From an uncultured Gammaproteobacteria bacterium (lineage in GTDB: Bacteria; Pseudomonadota; Gammaproteobacteria; JAURND01), in the NCBI GenBank assembly GCA_963714975.1, contig CAVQQD010000002.1, positions 480,001 through 544,000 on the forward strand: a DNA stretch of 64,000 nt, given 5' to 3'. Shown here one piece after another: positions 62,985 to 64,000 of the stretch; the stretch's first letter is position 1; each line of letters opens with the position of its first letter. The position numbers and the translations under genes were made by a program. Under the pieces are notes generated by a model that saw only the letters and a program-made list of their open reading frames with translations, was not told the DNA's origin and ran no database searches.

Positions 62985-64000
62985 GCGCATCCAACGATTA
63001 GATACTTTATTAGCAAACCAAATTGCTGCCGGAGAAGTGGTGAGCCGTCCTGCCTCTGCGTTGAAAGAGTTAGTTGAAAATAGCTTGGATGCGGGGGCAA
63101 CGCAGATTGAAGTGACGTTAGAAAAAGGCGGTATTCAATTAATTCGCGTCCGGGATAATGGTCGGGGGATTCATAAAGAAGATTTACCGTTGGCTTTAAG
63201 CCGACACGCCACCAGTAAAATTTCCACGCTGGAAGAGTTAGAATGCATCCAATCCTTAGGTTTTCGTGGAGAAGCTTTGGCGAGCATTGCTTCGGTATCA
63301 CGTTTGGTTTTAACTTCGCGCCAAGCCAATGAAACTTTGGCCTGGCAAATTAAAGCGGAAGGTCGGACGGCAGAAATTGAATTTAATCCGGTATCTCATC
63401 CCATGGGCAGCACTATTGAAGTGCGCGATTTATTTTTTAATACACCAGCGCGGCGAAAATTTTTACGCTCAGAAAAAACCGAATATTCCCACTGTGAGGA
63501 ATTGATTAATCGCATTGCATTAGCTTCTTTTCATGTTGCTTTTGTGCTGAAACATAATCAAAAAACTATTTTGCAATTGCCTCCCGCTATTTCTCAAGCA
63601 GAACAAGAGCAACGCGTGGGCAAATTGTGCGGAAATTTTTTTATCGAACAAGCCAAGGCTATACAGATTGGAAACCATTCACCCGTCGTCCCGCTCCCGC
63701 GACTTGATCGCGGGATTGTCCGCGGGATCCAGGATCCAGAAAGCAGGGATGCAGGATTTTCATTAGCGGGTTGGTTGGGCTTGCCGATTATTTCGCGCGC
63801 GCAGGCTGATTTGCAATATTTCTATGTCAATGGGCGCATGGTCCGTGATAAGTTAATTACTCACGCCATTAAACAAGCGTACCACGATGTAATGTATGGT
63901 CATCGCTATCCCGCCTATGTGTTATTTCTTAGTTTGGATCCAACTTTGGTTGATGTTAATGTGCACCCCACAAAATCCGAGGTGCGGTTTCGTGACAGTC
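62977..64000 (+). CDS. mutL: DNA mismatch repair protein MutL, runs off the window; absent from the ORF track
   Basis: My translation: [65 protein letters not shown]. Confidence 0.96.
   Translation, partial: MIERIQRLDTLLANQIAAGEVVSRPASALKELVENSLDAGATQIEVTLEKGGIQLIRVRDNGRGIHKEDLPLALSRHATSKISTLEELECIQSLGFRGEALASIASVSRLVLTSRQANETLAWQIKAEGRTAEIEFNPVSHPMGSTIEVRDLFFNTPARRKFLRSEKTEYSHCEELINRIALASFHVAFVLKHNQKTILQLPPAISQAEQEQRVGKLCGNFFIEQAKAIQIGNHSPVVPLPRLDRGIVRGIQDPESRDAGFSLAGWLGLPIISRAQADLQYFYVNGRMVRDKLITHAIKQAYHDVMYGHRYPAYVLFLSLDPTLVDVNVHPTKSEVRFRDS
63684..63738. repeat. Nested family B-like palindrome in frame in mutL
   Basis: cgtcgtcccgc[tcccgcgacttgatcgcggga]ttgtccgcgggatccaggatccag. Confidence 0.8.

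Overview
Core-chromosome segment of an AT-leaning Gammaproteobacterium (Legionellales/Coxiellaceae-like is an inference from gene content and order, not proven). It holds housekeeping blocks (lnt-corC-lapA-rpsA-cmk, mutS, gyrA-serC, ffh, tilS, pyrG-kdsA-eno-ftsB-ispDF-surE-yqaA-nlpD-mutL), leucine/acetoacetate and NAD-salvage genes, two toxin-antitoxin pairs and an IS605-type element. Most notable: (1) a tightly coupled operon at 2400-8733 encoding a FAAL-ACP-alpha-oxoamine-synthase fusion, fatty acid hydroxylase, bCerS-like GNAT protein, extended SDR and DgkA, faced by an Aur1/PAP2-like phosphotransferase, which reads as a self-contained ceramide/phosphosphingolipid pathway; (2) at least four families of short palindromic repeats inserted in frame into, or forming the ends of, conserved proteins (TilS, NlpD, MutL, acetoacetate-CoA ligase, PyrG, IspD, an MFS), like Rickettsia palindromic elements; (3) a PncC-Cmk fusion; (4) fossil remnants of a tandem duplication with reciprocal gene loss at 23.3-34.1 kb. 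gyrA, serC and a tyrosine recombinase are heavily frameshifted, probably from sequencing error. All calls are by eye from motifs; no database searches were run.
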